Source: Chloroflexia bacterium | GTDB taxonomy: Bacteria; Chloroflexota; Chloroflexia; DTKN01 | Length of the DNA stretch: 64,000 nucleotides | Direction of reading: 5' to 3' | Assembly (NCBI GenBank): GCA_034436115.1 | Contig: DAOTVY010000020.1 | Location: forward strand, 604-64,603 | Shown here: in pieces, positions 44,948-52,280 of the stretch | How positions within the stretch are numbered: the first letter of the stretch is position 1 | How the letters are laid out: each line of letters begins with the position of its first letter | Program-made: the position numbers and the translations under genes | The notes under the pieces: generated by a model | Database searches by the model: none | What the model was told of the DNA's origin: nothing | The model's input: the letters and a program-made list of their open reading frames with translations, nothing else

Positions 44948-45165
44948 TGCGAAACAAAATAACCCCCTCCTTTCGGAGGGGGAAGGACAGCCAACCAGTT
45001 CTTCTGCTCTCTCACCCCCTTTCCGCGAAGGTGGAGAAGAGATCGGGCGAAGGTGGGCGACCTGGCTTGGACGGTAGCCTTACGGCCCCGCCCTTACAGT
45101 TGCGGGACAGCACCGGACTCGCACCGGTTTCCCCCTGGGTAGCCCTAGCATCCGGGCATCGGGCG
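44948..45165 (-). ncRNA. Cobalamin (AdoCbl) riboswitch with intrinsic-terminator expression platform
   Basis: Minus strand: ...CCCAGGGGGAAACCGGUGCGAGUCCGGUGCUGUCCCGCAACUGUAAGGGCGGGG...CCAAGCCAGGUCGCC.... Compared from memory with the E. coli btuB aptamer core (GGGAAUCCAGUGCGAAUCUGG...CGCAGCGGUAAGG / CAAGCCCGAAGACCUGCC), it carries the B12-box-like GCAACUGUAAGGG. It is followed by the terminator CCCCCUCCGAAAGGAGGGGG + UUAUUUUGUUU right before the SD. Confidence 0.8.
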
Positions 45166-45253
45166 CCTTCGCCGGCCTACTTGCCAAGGTGCCAAGCATT
45201 GCAGAGGTTACTTTAGCACAAGAGCGGCCCTCTGTCAAACGGCAGCCACGGAT

Positions 45254-45282
45254 TTGACAAAGGGCCCTACCTCTGTTATCAT
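45254..45282 (+). promoter_or_regulatory. Promoter of the rplU-rpmA-rpmE cluster (TTGACA-17-TATCAT)
   Basis: TTGACA 45254-45259; TATCAT 45277-45282. Confidence 0.5.
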
Positions 45283-45325
45283 AACGGCTTGCGAAAAGAA
45301 CTCAACGGAATACGAGGAGTGGGCG

Positions 45326-45637
45326 GTGTTCGCGATTGTTCGAACGGGGGGAAAGCAATATCGGGTCGAACCCGGGCAGACGATCCTGGTGGAACGGATG
45401 CCTTTTGAGGCCGGACAGCAGATCGAGCTCGACCAGGTGCTGCTGGTCTCCGGCGCTGAAGGGGTAAGGACCGGTTCTCCGGTGGTTCCCGGAGCACGGG
45501 TGCGCGCGACCGTTCTGGCCCACGAACGCGGGCCCAAGATCGTGGTCTTTAAGTACAAGCCCAAGAAGCGGTACCGGGTCCGCTCCGGGCACCGACAGGA
45601 ATTGACCCGCTTGCTCATCGACACCATCGAGGCCTAG
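45326..45637 (+). CDS. rplU: 50S ribosomal protein L21
   Basis: GTG start after GAGGAG; (V)[17 protein letters not shown] is the typical L21 N-terminus; the ORF track over-extends to 45254. Confidence 0.85.
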   Translation: MFAIVRTGGKQYRVEPGQTILVERMPFEAGQQIELDQVLLVSGAEGVRTGSPVVPGARVRATVLAHERGPKIVVFKYKPKKRYRVRSGHRQELTRLLIDTIEA

Positions 45638-45655
45638 CAGGCGAGGAGGGAAACG

Positions 45656-45913
45656 ATGGCCCATAAGAAAGGCGTAGGCAGCACGCGGAACGGTCGGGAC
45701 AGCCACTCCAAACGGCTGGGCGTAAAGCGCTTCGGCGGACAGTGGGTGCGCGCCGGCACGATTCTCGTCCGCCAGCGGGGAACCAAAATCAAGCCCGGCA
45801 ACAACGTCGGTCTGGGGCGCGATTATACCATTTACGCGCTGATCGATGGCTATGTGCGCTTTGAGCCGCACTCGCGCCAGCAAAAGCGCGTCAGCGTCTA
45901 CCCGACTGCCTGA
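45656..45913 (+). CDS. rpmA: 50S ribosomal protein L27
   Basis: [29 protein letters not shown] is the canonical L27 N-terminus. Confidence 0.9.
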   Translation: MAHKKGVGSTRNGRDSHSKRLGVKRFGGQWVRAGTILVRQRGTKIKPGNNVGLGRDYTIYALIDGYVRFEPHSRQQKRVSVYPTA

Positions 45914-45924
45914 GGAGGGTTCCT

Positions 45925-46239
45925 TTGAAACCAGGGATTCACCCGGAATATGTAGAAGCAACCGTCATCTGCGCCTGTGGCAACACCTGGAAGACGCGTT
46001 CCACACGCCCGGTGCTCAAGACGGACATTTGCTCCAAGTGCCATCCTTTCTATACCGGTGAACAGCGCATCGTCGATACGGCCGGACAGGTGGAACGCTT
46101 CATGCAGCGCGTCGAGACCAGCCAGCGCTTGCAGCAGGTTTCCGACGAGCGCCGCCGGGCAAAGGAGGAACGGCGCCGGGCACGGCAGATCATCGAACTT
46201 CCAGACGAGCAGCGCTCGCCTGCGGAGGAGGCCGACTAG
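45925..46239 (+). CDS. rpmE: 50S ribosomal protein L31 (Zn-ribbon type) with basic C-terminal extension
   Basis: MKPGIHPEY..., four Cys (CACG...[10 protein letters not shown]); about 30 extra Arg/Glu-rich C-terminal residues. Confidence 0.85.
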   Translation: MKPGIHPEYVEATVICACGNTWKTRSTRPVLKTDICSKCHPFYTGEQRIVDTAGQVERFMQRVETSQRLQQVSDERRRAKEERRRARQIIELPDEQRSPAEEAD

Positions 46240-46352
46240 TTGCCTCCTGCCGATTGGAAGCACCCAGAAGGAGGAGGCAGTGTAGCCCAAAGCCTCCTCC
46301 TTTTCTTTAGGCTTTGGCTGGGGCGCTGACGGTCAAGGAGAGGAGCCGGACA

Positions 46353-46937
46353 ATGAGCGGCACACCCCACCGCGGCCAAATCGAGGTGATCTGTGGCAGC
46401 ATGTTCAGTGGCAAGACGGAGGAGTTGATCCGGCGCGTGCGCCGGGCTCAGATCGCCCGCCAGAAGGTCCAGGTCTTCAAGCCCAGCCTGGACGCTCGCT
46501 ATACCACCGAACAAATTGCCTCCCATAACGGACTTCGGGCCGCTGCGGTGCCCGTGGACAACGCCGGCGAGATCGCTTCCCGGGTAGAGCCCGACACCGA
46601 CGTGGTCGCCATCGACGAAGCGCAGTTCTTCGACGATACCATTGTGGAGGTCTGTGAGGAGCTGGCCAACCGTGGCATCCGCGTCATCGTGGCTGGCTTG
46701 GACATGGACTTTCGCGGTGAACCGTTCGGGCCGATGCCGTTCCTGATGGCCCGGGCGGAGGAGGTCGACAAGCTACGGGCGATCTGCGTGCGGTGTGGCG
46801 CTCCGGCCAGCCGTACCCAACGCCTGATCGACGGCGAACCGGCCTCCTATGATGATCCGGTCATTCTGGTCGGCGCCGCCGAACGCTACGAGGCCCGCTG
46901 CCGGCACTGCCACGAGGTGCGGCGGAGCCAGCCTTAG
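46353..46937 (+). CDS. tdk: Thymidine kinase
   Basis: [15 protein letters not shown]-loop, [11 protein letters not shown]-terminal Zn-ribbon CVRCG...CRHCH; start at the ATG after AAGGAGAGGAG. Confidence 0.85.
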   Translation: MSGTPHRGQIEVICGSMFSGKTEELIRRVRRAQIARQKVQVFKPSLDARYTTEQIASHNGLRAAAVPVDNAGEIASRVEPDTDVVAIDEAQFFDDTIVEVCEELANRGIRVIVAGLDMDFRGEPFGPMPFLMARAEEVDKLRAICVRCGAPASRTQRLIDGEPASYDDPVILVGAAERYEARCRHCHEVRRSQP

Positions 46938-46953
46938 GAGGAGCAGGCGGCCG

Positions 46954-47463
46954 ATGCCGGAGGCACGGGTACACGATGCGCTCACCCTGGCAGGAGCAGC
47001 ACTGCTCATCCCGGCAACGTGGGCCGTGCCATCCGATCATCGTTGGCTTTCCTGCGCGATGGTGAGTGGCGGGCACCTCCTTTCCGGATGGATGTTCTCC
47101 TGCGACCTGGATGTCTCGGGAGAGCTGGCACACCGCTGGGGACCGTTGCGTTGGATCTGGTGGCCCTACGAGCGCTGGATCGCGCATCGAAGCTGGCTTT
47201 CCCACGGGCTGGTCGTGGGGCCGCTGCTGCGGGCGCTGTACCTTGCGGCGCTGGTGGAAACCGCTCTCCTCGGGCTGTGTCTGGCGTTAGAGGCGGTGGG
47301 CGGCCCGGGACTCCTGTGGCTGCAGGAGTGGCACCGTTTCTGGGGGAATCTTGGGCTGCGCTATCCGCGCCGCTTTCTGGAGTTCGCGGTGGGATTCGTG
47401 CTTGCCGGAGCGTCCCACTCCCTGTTGGACTGGATCCAGACAGGGATCCGGCGGGCCATTTGA
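46954..47463 (+). CDS. Membrane-bound metal-dependent hydrolase (YdjM/DUF457-like)
   Basis: Multi-TM 170-aa protein with conserved His residues (SHGLVVGPLL); start at the ATG after GGAGGA. Confidence 0.5.
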   Translation: MPEARVHDALTLAGAALLIPATWAVPSDHRWLSCAMVSGGHLLSGWMFSCDLDVSGELAHRWGPLRWIWWPYERWIAHRSWLSHGLVVGPLLRALYLAALVETALLGLCLALEAVGGPGLLWLQEWHRFWGNLGLRYPRRFLEFAVGFVLAGASHSLLDWIQTGIRRAI

Positions 47464-47510
47464 AAGGGGACCGTCCGACCCTTTGACCAAGGCAACCGGA
47501 GGGTAGAAGG

Positions 47511-48935
47511 ATGGCACAGAAGGTCACTCCAAGAAGCAAGGACTATTCGCGTTGGTATACCGACGTGGTGCAGATGGCAGAACTGGCCGACTATGCCCCG
47601 GTGCGCGGCTGCATGATCATTCGCCCTTACGGCTACGCGTTGTGGGAGAACATCCAGCAGGGCCTCGACCGGCGGTTCAAGGCCACCGGCCATCAGAACG
47701 CCTACTTCCCACTCTTCATTCCCATGGGCTTTATCCAGAAAGAATCCCAGCACGTGGAGGGCTTTTCGCCTCAACTCGCGGTGGTCACGCACGGCGGTGG
47801 GGAAAAGCTGGAAGAGCCTCTGGTCGTGCGGCCGACTTCGGAGACGATCATCAATGCGATGTTCGCCCAATGGATTCGCTCCTATCGCGACCTGCCCCTG
47901 CTGATTAACCAGTGGTGCAACGTGGTGCGCTGGGAGATGCGCACGCGCCTCTTCCTGCGCACAACCGAGTTCCTCTGGCAGGAAGGCCACACCGCACACG
48001 CCACCGAACAGGAGGCGCGCGAGGAAACACTGCGCATCCTCGAGCTCTACCGTGACTTTACCGAAAACGAGGCCGCCATCCCGGTAATCACCGGCCGCAA
48101 GAGCGAGTCGGAAAAGTTCGCCGGAGCAGTAGAAAGCTACTCCATCGAGGCCATGATGGGGAATGGTTGGGCCCTACAGGCCGGAACCTCCCACTTCCTC
48201 GGTCAAAACTTTGCCCGGGCGTTCGGCACGCAGTTCCTGAACGAGCGCAACGAACAAGAGTATGTCTGGCAAACCTCCTGGGGCGTGAGCACGCGGATGA
48301 TCGGGGCAATCGTCATGGTCCACGGGGATGACCAGGGGCTGATGCTGCCGCCGCGCCTGGCGCCGATCCAGGCGGTGCTCGTCCCGATCTGGAAGAACGA
48401 AGCGGAGCGGACCCAGGTCCTGGAGGTGGCTCACCGGGTAAAGAGCATCCTGGAGGGAGTGCGGTTCCGCTTGGACGACCGCGAGGGCTACACTCCGGGT
48501 TGGAAATTCAACGACTGGGAGATGCGCGGGGTGCCGCTGCGCCTGGAACTCGGCCCGCGCGATGCTGCGGCCAACCAGGTCACGCTTGTCCGGCGCGATC
48601 TCCAGGGTGTCCGGGAGGCCGTCCCACTCGAGGGGCTCCGGGAGCGGGTCCTGAGCCTGCTCGACGAGGTACAGAAGAGCCTCTTTGAGCGCGCGCTGCG
48701 CTTCCGGGAGGAGCACACCCACTACCCCGACGACTATGGCGGGCTGGTCGAGGCGGTAGAAGACGGCTTTGCGTGGGCGTGGTGGTGTGGTTCCGCCGAG
48801 TGCGAAACCAAAGTCAAGGAAGAAACCAAGGCCACGATTCGCAATATCCCGCTGAATCAGCCCGGGGGAAGCGGTCGGTGCGTCGTTTGCGGGGCACTGG
48901 CCCGGGAGCAGGCCGTTTTCGCCCGAGCCTATTGA
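47511..48935 (+). CDS. proS: Prolyl-tRNA synthetase, archaeal/eukaryotic-type (class IIa, no editing insertion)
   Basis: 474 aa; class II motifs (MIIRPYGYALWE, FRAE..., WQTSWGVSTRMIGAIVMVHGDDQGL) and the C-terminal Zn-binding domain typical of ProRS-A. Confidence 0.85.
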   Translation: MAQKVTPRSKDYSRWYTDVVQMAELADYAPVRGCMIIRPYGYALWENIQQGLDRRFKATGHQNAYFPLFIPMGFIQKESQHVEGFSPQLAVVTHGGGEKLEEPLVVRPTSETIINAMFAQWIRSYRDLPLLINQWCNVVRWEMRTRLFLRTTEFLWQEGHTAHATEQEAREETLRILELYRDFTENEAAIPVITGRKSESEKFAGAVESYSIEAMMGNGWALQAGTSHFLGQNFARAFGTQFLNERNEQEYVWQTSWGVSTRMIGAIVMVHGDDQGLMLPPRLAPIQAVLVPIWKNEAERTQVLEVAHRVKSILEGVRFRLDDREGYTPGWKFNDWEMRGVPLRLELGPRDAAANQVTLVRRDLQGVREAVPLEGLRERVLSLLDEVQKSLFERALRFREEHTHYPDDYGGLVEAVEDGFAWAWWCGSAECETKVKEETKATIRNIPLNQPGGSGRCVVCGALAREQAVFARAY

Positions 48936-48948
48936 TGGCCGGAACGCG

Positions 48949-49290
48949 ATGGCACGAGAAAAGGTCCTCTGGATCCGGGAGCCATACCTGGCGCAGATCC
49001 TCTCGGGATTTAAGACCGTCGAGGTGCGGGTAGCCTACACGAATATCGCCCGGCTGGAGCCCGGGGACATGTTGCGCCTGAACGATCGCTACCGTGCGCG
49101 CATCCGCCGTATCGGGCGCTACCGTTCGTTCGAGGAACTTCTGGCGCACGAGGACCCTCAGGCCATCGCACCTGGCCTGGGATGCAGCGAGCTGCTTGCT
49201 GCTTTGCGGGAGCTCTACCCGCCAGAAAAGGAAGCCCTCGGGGCGGTCGCGCTCGAACTGGAGCTTTTGGAAGGCGCGGAATGTCCGTAG
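48949..49290 (+). CDS. ASCH-domain protein
   Basis: REPYLAQILSGFKTVEVR is the typical ASCH beta-barrel start; 113 aa. Confidence 0.6.
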   Translation: MAREKVLWIREPYLAQILSGFKTVEVRVAYTNIARLEPGDMLRLNDRYRARIRRIGRYRSFEELLAHEDPQAIAPGLGCSELLAALRELYPPEKEALGAVALELELLEGAECP

Positions 49291-50309
49291 AACGCTTCGG
49301 CCTAGAGGAACGGGAGCGCTGGGATGCTTTTGTGGCCGGCCACCCGGAGGGACACCTGCTGCAGTCGTTCGCCTGGGGGGAGCTGAAGGCACGCTTTGGC
49401 TGGGAACCGGTACGGCTCGCCTTGGTGGAAGCAGGGCAAATCCGTGCCACCGCTCAGATCCTGCTGCGGCGGTGGCCCTTCTTCACGATTGCCTACGTGC
49501 CCCGCGGTCCGGTCGTCGACTGGGGGGACGAAGGTGCGGTGCGGGCCCTGCTCCGGGCGCTCGCGGACGTCGCCCGGAGGCGAAACGCCCTGTTCCTGCG
49601 CATCGAACCGAACCACCCGCATCCGCTCCCCGTTCCCCTGGACGTCCACGGCTTCCGCCCGGGGAGGGCGGTGCAACCTCAAAGCAGCCTCGTGGTCGAC
49701 CTGACGGCGGATGAGGAGGCCCTTCTGGCACGCATGAAGCCCAAAACACGCTACAACATCCGCCTGGCTCTCCGCCGCGCGGTAACCGTACGGTCGGCCA
49801 CGGGCCCCGCAGAGGTCCCGACCTTTTACCAGCTACTCCAGGAGACCGCGCGGCGCGACCGCTTCGGCATCCATACCCTGGCCTATTACCAGGCCTTCTA
49901 CCGGCTGTTTAACCAGGCTGGCAACGCAGAGCTCTTCTTTGCCGAGCGGGAGGGGGTCGTGCTGGCCAGCTTGTGGGTGGCCGGCTTCGGTCCCGAGGCG
50001 ATCTACATGTACGGCGCCTCCCGCACCGAGGGCCAGGAACATATGCCCTCCTACCTCCTGCAATGGGAAGCCATGCGCTGGGCACGGGCACGCGGCTGCA
50101 CGCGTTACGACCTTTGGGGGATCCCGGACAGTGTGCTGCGGGGCCAGGACCCACGGGAGCAGCGGCGCAAAAAGAACGTGCGGGACGGTCTGTGGGGGGT
50201 GTACCGTTTCAAGCAGGGCTTCGGGGGAAACCTGGTGCGCACCGTCGGTGCCTGGGACCTTCCCCTCTCTCCCGTGCTCTACCGCCTCTACCGCTGCACC
50301 GGGCGGTAA
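49281..50309 (+). CDS. FemAB/FemX-family aminoacyl-tRNA-dependent transferase homolog
   Basis: FemAB-like tandem GNAT fold blocks (FLQSFAWGELKARFGWEP, YVPRGPV, YQLLQETARRDRFGIH, MYGASRTEGQEHMPSYLLQWEAMRWA); ATG overlaps the ASCH stop. Confidence 0.7.
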   Translation: MSVERFGLEERERWDAFVAGHPEGHLLQSFAWGELKARFGWEPVRLALVEAGQIRATAQILLRRWPFFTIAYVPRGPVVDWGDEGAVRALLRALADVARRRNALFLRIEPNHPHPLPVPLDVHGFRPGRAVQPQSSLVVDLTADEEALLARMKPKTRYNIRLALRRAVTVRSATGPAEVPTFYQLLQETARRDRFGIHTLAYYQAFYRLFNQAGNAELFFAEREGVVLASLWVAGFGPEAIYMYGASRTEGQEHMPSYLLQWEAMRWARARGCTRYDLWGIPDSVLRGQDPREQRRKKNVRDGLWGVYRFKQGFGGNLVRTVGAWDLPLSPVLYRLYRCTGR

Positions 50310-50351
50310 CCCCCCGTGTGCGCTGTCCGCCTTTCTGGGGCGCCCGATGTC

Positions 50352-51428
50352 TCACGTCACAGGAGGCAGGGTGTCCCCCGATTCGGGCACCTCGGCGGCA
50401 GGCGCACGGCCGCGGAATGTCGGCAGAGAACGCGTGAGGAAGAAACCAGCCAGAAGAGGAATCCAGAACGCCACCCCCCGGTACGCCAGCGTGACGGCCC
50501 AGGCACCGTCCCGTGGGAGGCCCAGGGAGCGCAGGACGGTCACCATGGCGCCTTCCGTGAACCCGATGCCTTGGGGGGTCGGGGAGATGTTGGTGACCAC
50601 ACTGCTCAGGCTGTAGCCAACCAGCACGAGCGGCACGGTGGTGGGTTGTCCAAGTGCGCGCAGGACGAGGAAGAGGACGAGCGCGCTCGCCCCTTGTCCC
50701 AGCAGCGCCCAAAGGGACGCCCATGCGAGCCGCCGCGGCTGCCCGGCGATCTCCCGCACCGCCTGGTGGAGCTGTCCCACGGCGAGCCGGGCACTACGGA
50801 ACGGACGTCGGGACGGACGGCCCATCCGTTCCCTCAGACGGCGGAACGCCCTTTGCACCCCGTCGAAAAGGCCGATCAGCCACCCCGGAGCCCACCCGGC
50901 CAGCCCCAGGAGCGCAATCAGCGCGGCCAGTCCCAGCCCCAATACCAGGCCCGACCATTTCTGATAGGAACGCAGCAGCCCCTGCTGATAGAGGTCCACC
51001 AGCGCGATCGCAAAGACCACGCCCAGGCTGCCGTAACAGAAGGCAACGTAGGTGACTCCGGCGATGATCGCCCGCTCTGCCCGCATCCCGCGCTGACGAG
51101 CATCGTCGGCCAGAAGCGCGATCGCCGAAACCCCGCTGCTCGGAGCCACCACGCTCATAAACGGCATCACGATCACGAGCGGCAAGAGATGACGGTAGCG
51201 GTAGGAGAGTCCCACCGACCGGCTGATCTCCCCGTAGAGGCCAGCCTGGGCGAGGTAATAGCCGAACTGCGCCACACAGGCTAGCACGAGGAGGTCGGGA
51301 GCACAGCGGACAAGCACCCGGCTGACGCGCACCGCCTCGTCCCAGCGGATGACCACAGCCAGCGCGAACAACACCAGCACGGCCATATAGAGGAGCGAGC
51401 GAAGGGGGAAGGCCTTGCGCTCGGCCAT
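50352..51428 (-). CDS. Flippase-like / lysyl-phosphatidylglycerol-synthase-TM-region (UPF0104) membrane protein
   Basis: 358-aa polytopic membrane protein with the UPF0104 pattern (Arg-rich loops, GIGFTEGAMV). Confidence 0.6.
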   Translation of the reverse strand: MAERKAFPLRSLLYMAVLVLFALAVVIRWDEAVRVSRVLVRCAPDLLVLACVAQFGYYLAQAGLYGEISRSVGLSYRYRHLLPLVIVMPFMSVVAPSSGVSAIALLADDARQRGMRAERAIIAGVTYVAFCYGSLGVVFAIALVDLYQQGLLRSYQKWSGLVLGLGLAALIALLGLAGWAPGWLIGLFDGVQRAFRRLRERMGRPSRRPFRSARLAVGQLHQAVREIAGQPRRLAWASLWALLGQGASALVLFLVLRALGQPTTVPLVLVGYSLSSVVTNISPTPQGIGFTEGAMVTVLRSLGLPRDGAWAVTLAYRGVAFWIPLLAGFFLTRSLPTFRGRAPAAEVPESGDTLPPVT

Positions 51429-51431
51429 CGG

Positions 51432-52280
51432 CTACTCCAGTCCGGCAAAGAGGTCATCCTCGGCCCCGCCGAACGAGACGCCCCGGCCTGATGCCAAGGT
51501 AAACCACTCGTAACCCCATAGTTCAACCATCTCTTCGGGTGGCAACCGGAGCCAAGGGCTGTTCGGCGGCAGCTGGGTGCGATGGCAGCGCAGCGCCTGG
51601 CGTTTGACCTCTAGATAGGGACGGATGTCGAGCTGGGTCGTCACCTGGTCGTCCGGGAGGCCGAAACGTTCTATCTCCTCTTCATCCGGCGGGCGATCGA
51701 TCAACCCCAATTCCCACATCTTGAGCCGCAGCCGTCGCAACGCCCCGCGGGGGCGGGCCAGGTAATAGAGCTTGCGCGGCGGTCTCTCGAGCGCGTCGGC
51801 GCGCTCCCAGGCCACACGGGTGTGGTTGTGGATGGCGATATGGTCCGGGTGTCCATAGCCTCCGTCCGGACCGAAGGTGACAACCACTTCCGGGCGGAAC
51901 TCGCGAAAAAGCGCCACAATGCGGGACACGACCTCCTCCGGATCAGCCCGGATGAGCGCCCGGGGATGGTCGTTGTCCGGAGCGCCCGCTATGCCGGAAT
52001 CGCGGTAATCCAGGAAACGCAGCTCCTCTACCCCAAGCACCCGGCAGGCGCAGCGCAGTTCCTCCTCCCGCACCTTTCCCATGTCCTTCGGAGGAGGGAC
52101 TCCTTCCTCGTGCACGATCCCGGCTTCCCCACGGGTAGCGCAGGCGAGCACTACCCGTACGCCCGCCTGCGCATATCGCGCCAGGGTGCCGCCGGTGGCA
52201 AAAGATTCGTCGTCGGGATGGGCAAAGACGGCCAGAAGCGTCCTCCGCATCGCGCCTCGCCTCATTTCAGATCCCCCCAA
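51432..52280 (-). CDS. PIG-L/LmbE-family N-acetylglucosaminyl deacetylase-like protein
   Basis: AHPDDESF... zinc-binding motif, HPDH; translationally coupled to the flippase-like gene. Confidence 0.75.
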   Translation of the reverse strand: MGGSEMRRGAMRRTLLAVFAHPDDESFATGGTLARYAQAGVRVVLACATRGEAGIVHEEGVPPPKDMGKVREEELRCACRVLGVEELRFLDYRDSGIAGAPDNDHPRALIRADPEEVVSRIVALFREFRPEVVVTFGPDGGYGHPDHIAIHNHTRVAWERADALERPPRKLYYLARPRGALRRLRLKMWELGLIDRPPDEEEIERFGLPDDQVTTQLDIRPYLEVKRQALRCHRTQLPPNSPWLRLPPEEMVELWGYEWFTLASGRGVSFGGAEDDLFAGLE

